From assembly GCA_001768555.1 (NCBI GenBank), contig MEOD01000055.1, positions 27,473-91,472 on the forward strand: a DNA stretch of 64,000 bases. The letters are read 5' to 3'. Both the position numbers and the translations under genes were made by a program. A model generated the notes under the pieces. It searched no databases and was not told the DNA's origin. It was given only the letters and a program-made list of their open reading frames with translations. Of this stretch, positions 59,613 to 64,000 are shown piece by piece (the stretch's first letter is position 1; every line of letters begins with the position of its first letter). The DNA is from Bacteroidetes bacterium GWF2_29_10 (lineage in GTDB: Bacteria > Bacteroidota > Bacteroidia > Bacteroidales > GWE2-29-8).

Positions 59613-59993
59613 ATGGATGTTTTAAATTTAAAAGGAACTGACGATACACCAACGATAGTTCTAAATGCAGAAGAAAAAGTTTTTAATATATCTGGACGTT
59701 CATTGCCAGAAGACGCTGCTAGTTTTTATAATCCAGTTTTAACTTGGTTAGACGATTTTGCAACAACACAGAGTGGTGTAGCCATGAAATTTGAAGTAAA
59801 ACTTGAATATTTTAACACAGCATCATCAAAGTTATTATTGGATATTTTTAGTAAATTAGAAAGCATTAATAGTAATAACGGGAACTCTGTAAACCTCGAA
59901 TGGTATTATGAAGATGATGATGAAGACATGATGGAAGCTGGAGAGGAATATTCTGAATTAGTAGAATTAAATTTTACATTAAAACAGTATTAA
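59613..59993 (+). CDS. SiaC-like DUF1987 regulatory phosphoprotein
   Basis: DTPTIVLNAEEKVFNISGRSLPEDAASFYNPVLTWL and LEYFNTASSKLLLDIF motifs. Thr69 is at 59817-59819. Confidence 0.7.
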   Translation: MDVLNLKGTDDTPTIVLNAEEKVFNISGRSLPEDAASFYNPVLTWLDDFATTQSGVAMKFEVKLEYFNTASSKLLLDIFSKLESINSNNGNSVNLEWYYEDDDEDMMEAGEEYSELVELNFTLKQY

Positions 59994-60084
59994 TTTTTAT
60001 AATTATTTTATGCCTAATTTAGGTTATTTTAATCTATTTGGGTTATTATACGAAATGATTATCATAATAAATACAAATACATAA

Positions 60085-63000
60085 ATGAGCGAAGAGATTT
60101 TAAAAGCCCTAATGCAATTATTTGCTATTATAGCAAAACAAGATATTGATGATGAATCAGGGGGGCAATGTATCAATGAAAGAAATTTTGTTGAAGAATT
60201 TTTAAAATCTCAGCTGAATGAAGAATTAGTAATAGAATATTTAATTCTTTATGATGAGTTTTATAAGGGCAATGAATCTGAAACAAAAAAGAAAAAACTA
60301 ACATCAGTTAGTGATTCTGTAAAAACTCTGGGAATATGCAAAAAAATTAATAAGACATTAGCACAAAAACAAAAAATCATTGTGTTGCTTCGTCTTTTCG
60401 AGTTAGTAAATGCAGATCGTAAGTTCTCACCACAAAGAATGGCAATAATAGATACCGTTGCCGAAGTTTTTAATATCTCTTTAGACGAATTTAATTCCAT
60501 AAAAAGATTTATTATAGAAGATGCTGATGCTTTATTAGATGTTAATGACATTTTGCTTATTAATACAGATGACAATGAAGATAAATACACAATATGCAAA
60601 CATATAAAAACAGGACAACTTGATAAGAGTTTCTTTCTACTAAAAATTAAAAGTGTTGATTTGTATTTTTGTGGATATCCAGGACGTAGCGAGGTATATC
60701 TAAATGGTTTATTAATAAACCCTAAAAGGGTTTATTTATTTGCACCAGGAAGCACAATAAAATTACCAAGTAGTACTGTATATTACAGTGATGTTGTTTC
60801 TCGATTTCTATCAGACATCAACCTAATTAAAATTAATTTTAAAGCTGAATATATAGATTATAAATTTTCAGAAGGGAATTATGGGTTAAGAGATATAAGT
60901 ATTAATGAAGAAGAGGGTAAACTAATAGGAATAATGGGAGCGAGTGGGGCGGGAAAAACAACTCTTTTAAATGTGCTTTCTGGTTTAGAAATACCTAGTT
61001 TTGGTAAGGTAACAATAAATGGAATTAATTTACATGAAGATAAGAATGACTTAAAAGGAATCATTGGATATATTCCTCAGGATGATTTACTTATTGAAGA
61101 ATTAACCGTTTATCAAAATTTATACTATAATACTAAGTTATGTTTTAAGGAATTGTCAGATGAAGATATTGAAAAAAAGGTAGATCTAGTATTAAAAAAC
61201 TTAGGTCTTATAGAAATAAAACATTTAAAAGTTGGCAGTCCTTTAAATAAGAAAATAAGTGGAGGGCAAAGAAAAAGATTAAATATAGCATTAGAATTAA
61301 TAAGGGAGCCTTTGGTCCTTTTTGTTGATGAACCAACATCTGGATTATCTTCAAAAGATTCAGAAAATGTAATGGATTTATTAAGGGAATTATCTTTAAA
61401 AGGAAAACTTATATTTGTTGTTATTCATCAACCATCATCAGATATTTATAAACTATTTGATAAAATAGTATTTTTAGATGTAGGAGGATATTTAATATAT
61501 TATGGTAACCCAATAGAAGCAATTACTTATTTTAAGAGAGTAGATCAGCAAGTTAATTGGGAACAAGGAGAATGCCCTATTTGTGGTAATGTGAATCCTG
61601 AACTAGTTTTTAATATTGTTGAAGCAAAAGTTGTTGATGAATTTGGAAATTTAACTCCGAATAGAAAAGTTTCTCCAAAAAATTGGCAATCATTTTATCA
61701 AAAATATTTTAATTGGGAGACTACAAATAAATTAAAACAATCCACTAAAGAAAAACTGCCATCAGCTTTAAACATTCCATCATGGTTTAAACAGTTGAAA
61801 ATATTTACTATTAGAGATTTATTGTCAAAAGTTAGTAATACTCAATATCTCATTATTAACTTATTAGAGACTCCTCTTTTGGCTTTTATCCTTTCTTTTA
61901 TAATAAGATATATTCCAAATAATGAGACCAATGAATATATATTTAGAGAAAATGAAAATTTAGCCCCATTTATATTTATGTCAATAATAGTTTCATTATT
62001 TGTAGGTCTTACTGTTAGTGCTGAAGAAATATTTAGAGACAAGAAAATACTCAAACGTGAACGCTTTTTGAATTTAAGTAGAAGCAGTTATTTAATGTCT
62101 AAAATAGGAATACTCTTTACATTATCTGCAATACAAATGTTGTTTTTTGTGTTAATTAGTAATACAATTTTTGGAGTTAAAGATATGTATTGGGAATATT
62201 GGCTTATTCTTTTTTCAGTATCCTGTTTTGCAAATATGTTAGGATTAAATATTTCCTCATCATTTAATTCTGCTGTTACAATCTATATATTAATTCCTCT
62301 TATGATGATTCCTCAAATGATACTCGGAGGAGCTATGTTCTCTTTTGATAAATTGAATCAATATATAGGGGGAGGCTATAAAGTTCCCTTAATAGCTGAT
62401 GTAATGACATGTCGTTGGGCTTATGAAGCATTGGTTGTAAACCAATTTATAAATAATAAATACCAAAAGAATTTTTATGTTTATGAAAAAAATGAAAGTA
62501 TTACAGATTTTAAGCAAGCAATATTAATTCCTGAATTAAAAAAAATTGCAGAAAATACCATTCCTTTAATTACAAACAAAACGGATTCTACAAATAAAAT
62601 TTTAGAAAATAATCTTAGTATATTAAAAAATGAAATAAGTAAAGAAACAAAGGCTATTCAAAGTGTAACTTTTGAAAATATTAATAGTTTGAATATTAAA
62701 GATTATAATGAAGAAGTTGCTGTATATACATTAGAATATTTAGAAAAATTACAAGCTTTTTACACACTTGTTTTTAATGAAATATCTAATGAAAAAAATA
62801 AAATGATTGACAAGCTTCAGTCAACCCCTGAAAACACACATATATTTACTTATTTTAAAGACCATTATTATAATGAAAATTTAACAGATATAGTAAAGAG
62901 AGCTCTTGAAAAAAACAATTTTGTTAAAACAAATAAGGAAATAATACAACTTAAGGATCCTATTTTTTTGGACCCTAAACCAAAAAATTTGTGGGATTAT

Positions 63001-63291
63001 CGTTCTCATTTTTATGCTCCTGTAAAATATTTTATGGGTAAAAAATACCCAACTTATTATTTTAATATAGTTGCAATATGGTTAATGATAATTTTTCTTT
63101 ATATTAGTTTATATTTTGATGGTTTAGCAAAATTATTAAATTTTTTCAGCTCTGTAAAATTCAATTTTGATGAAAATGTTCAATCAATTTCAAATAATCT
63201 TAACTTTTCACAAAAAATTAGACGAAATATTACCAATTTGAAACGATTATTTAAATTGAAAAAACTTACACAAGAAAAAAAGAAAAAATAA
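60085..63291 (+). CDS. ABCG-like ABC transporter (N-terminal accessory domains + NBD + ABC-2 permease + long C-terminal extension)
   Basis: Walker A GASGAGKTTLLNVLSG, signature ISGGQRKRLNIA, Walker B LFVDEPTSGLS, H-loop VIHQPS, and 5-6 TM helices after residue about 600. The N-terminal 260 aa are TerB-like (ALMQLFAIIAKQD) plus a possible degenerate FHA-like region. Confidence 0.8.
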   Translation: MSEEILKALMQLFAIIAKQDIDDESGGQCINERNFVEEFLKSQLNEELVIEYLILYDEFYKGNESETKKKKLTSVSDSVKTLGICKKINKTLAQKQKIIVLLRLFELVNADRKFSPQRMAIIDTVAEVFNISLDEFNSIKRFIIEDADALLDVNDILLINTDDNEDKYTICKHIKTGQLDKSFFLLKIKSVDLYFCGYPGRSEVYLNGLLINPKRVYLFAPGSTIKLPSSTVYYSDVVSRFLSDINLIKINFKAEYIDYKFSEGNYGLRDISINEEEGKLIGIMGASGAGKTTLLNVLSGLEIPSFGKVTINGINLHEDKNDLKGIIGYIPQDDLLIEELTVYQNLYYNTKLCFKELSDEDIEKKVDLVLKNLGLIEIKHLKVGSPLNKKISGGQRKRLNIALELIREPLVLFVDEPTSGLSSKDSENVMDLLRELSLKGKLIFVVIHQPSSDIYKLFDKIVFLDVGGYLIYYGNPIEAITYFKRVDQQVNWEQGECPICGNVNPELVFNIVEAKVVDEFGNLTPNRKVSPKNWQSFYQKYFNWETTNKLKQSTKEKLPSALNIPSWFKQLKIFTIRDLLSKVSNTQYLIINLLETPLLAFILSFIIRYIPNNETNEYIFRENENLAPFIFMSIIVSLFVGLTVSAEEIFRDKKILKRERFLNLSRSSYLMSKIGILFTLSAIQMLFFVLISNTIFGVKDMYWEYWLILFSVSCFANMLGLNISSSFNSAVTIYILIPLMMIPQMILGGAMFSFDKLNQYIGGGYKVPLIADVMTCRWAYEALVVNQFINNKYQKNFYVYEKNESITDFKQAILIPELKKIAENTIPLITNKTDSTNKILENNLSILKNEISKETKAIQSVTFENINSLNIKDYNEEVAVYTLEYLEKLQAFYTLVFNEISNEKNKMIDKLQSTPENTHIFTYFKDHYYNENLTDIVKRALEKNNFVKTNKEIIQLKDPIFLDPKPKNLWDYRSHFYAPVKYFMGKKYPTYYFNIVAIWLMIIFLYISLYFDGLAKLLNFFSSVKFNFDENVQSISNNLNFSQKIRRNITNLKRLFKLKKLTQEKKKK

Positions 63292-63484
63292 ATACAATTT
63301 TTTTTTACCCAATTCATTACAAATAATATTGTAGGTAATACCGAATTTCAATGGTTTGCATTGTTAAGTTGGATGTTATTATTTGGGAATTGTAATTTTG
63401 AATAAAGATATGAGCTCAATATTAATTTATTATTTATAAGGTTTCACGAAATTTTAATTTTTAGAATCTGAAAAATAAAATTAA

Positions 63485-63492
63485 TATATTTG
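63485..63492 (+). promoter_or_regulatory. Bacteroidota-type -7 box (TATATTTG)
   Basis: TAnnTTTG match 34 nt upstream of the ATG at 63526. Confidence 0.3.
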
Positions 63493-63525
63493 TGCTTTAA
63501 ATAAATTTGATAATAAAATTAAATT

Positions 63526-64000
63526 ATGAAAAAGATAAATATGGTTGACTTGAAAAGTCAATATGAAAAAATAAAAAGCCAAATAGATGAAAGAGTATTA
63601 AATGTTATAGAATCTACAGCTTTTATAAATGGTCCAGAGGTGCAAAACTTTCAAAAAGAATTAGCTGATTATTTGGGAGTCAAGCATGTGATTGGTTGTG
63701 CTAATGGTACTGATGCTTTACAGGTTGCGATGATGGCATTAGGTTTAAAACCAGGTGATGAGGTGATTTCTGTTTCATTCACTTTTGTTGCTACGGTAGA
63801 AGTTATCGCTTTGTTAGGTTTGAAACCTGTTTTTGTTGATGTGGAAGAAGGCACATTCAATATGGATGTAGCTAAATTAGAAGAGCTAATTACTCCAAAA
63901 ACAAAAGCCATTATCCCTGTTCATTTGTTTGGACAGTGTGCTAATATGGAAGCTATAATGAATATTGCAAAAAAGCATAATCTTTATGTTATAGAAGATA
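63526..64000 (+). CDS. DegT/DnrJ/EryC1/StrS-family sugar aminotransferase (3' end off window)
   Basis: This ORF is not in the supplied track. Reading from the ATG at 63526 gives MKKINMVDLKSQYEKIKSQIDERVL...FQKELADYLGVKHVIGCANGTDALQVAMMALGLKPGDEVI...IIPVHLFGQCANM, which is typical of this PLP family. Confidence 0.8.
   Translation, partial: MKKINMVDLKSQYEKIKSQIDERVLNVIESTAFINGPEVQNFQKELADYLGVKHVIGCANGTDALQVAMMALGLKPGDEVISVSFTFVATVEVIALLGLKPVFVDVEEGTFNMDVAKLEELITPKTKAIIPVHLFGQCANMEAIMNIAKKHNLYVIED

Noticed and set aside
63669-63911. 80-aa minus-strand ORF from the supplied track
   Set aside because: It lies antisense to a clear DegT-family aminotransferase frame that starts at 63526 and runs off the window. 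The track omitted that frame because it lacks a stop codon.

Overview
This is an AT-rich bacterial chromosome segment, roughly 30% GC by eye (not computed). It has Bacteroidota hallmarks: a protein with a T9SS-type C-terminal sorting domain, a PorT-like barrel, and TAnnTTTG -7 promoter boxes upstream of several genes. All family calls come from motif recognition in the supplied translations; no searches were run.

Layout:
- 1-4.4 kb: tail of a surface-polysaccharide locus (oxidoreductase fragment, SGNH esterase, Wzx-like flippase, unknown transferase-like protein, hexapeptide acetyltransferase). It is cut at its 3' edge by a decayed IS5/IS1182-like element (about 4346-5973).
- 6.2-29.7 kb: mostly housekeeping genes (smpB, glyQS, thyA, folA, tex, mntP, tRNA-Met, SDR, RelA/SpoT) plus envelope and secreted proteins.
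- 29.7-45.1 kb, minus strand: a 13-gene chemotaxis-like operon. Order is MCP, unknown 597 aa, STAS, CheY, CheA, CheW, N-truncated CheR, CheR, histidine-kinase-like protein with an Asn in the H-box, CheD, unknown 360 aa, CheB, TM-GAF-coil-PAS3 protein.
- 45.1-46.1 kb: the regulatory region upstream of that operon. It holds twin hairpin motifs and a 15 x 21 bp tandem array.
- 46.1-53.1 kb: NUDIX, uvrA, M50-like peptidase, Rrf2 regulator, radical SAM plus unknown ORF, DUF59.
- 53.7-63.3 kb, plus strand: a second operon of CheR, REC-less CheB, GAF, TM-HAMP-GAF-coil-PAS-PP2C phosphatase, two SiaB-like kinases, a SiaC/DUF1987 protein, and a 1068-aa ABCG-like transporter.
- 63.5-64.0 kb: a DegT-type aminotransferase that runs off the 3' edge.

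The most interesting candidate is the pair of linked signalling loci. A chemoreceptor-independent CheR/CheB methylation module appears wired to a SiaA/B/C-type partner-switching cascade. Paralogous GAF-coil-PAS proteins carry MCP-like EExxA[ST] methylation motifs. No diguanylate cyclase output is present.
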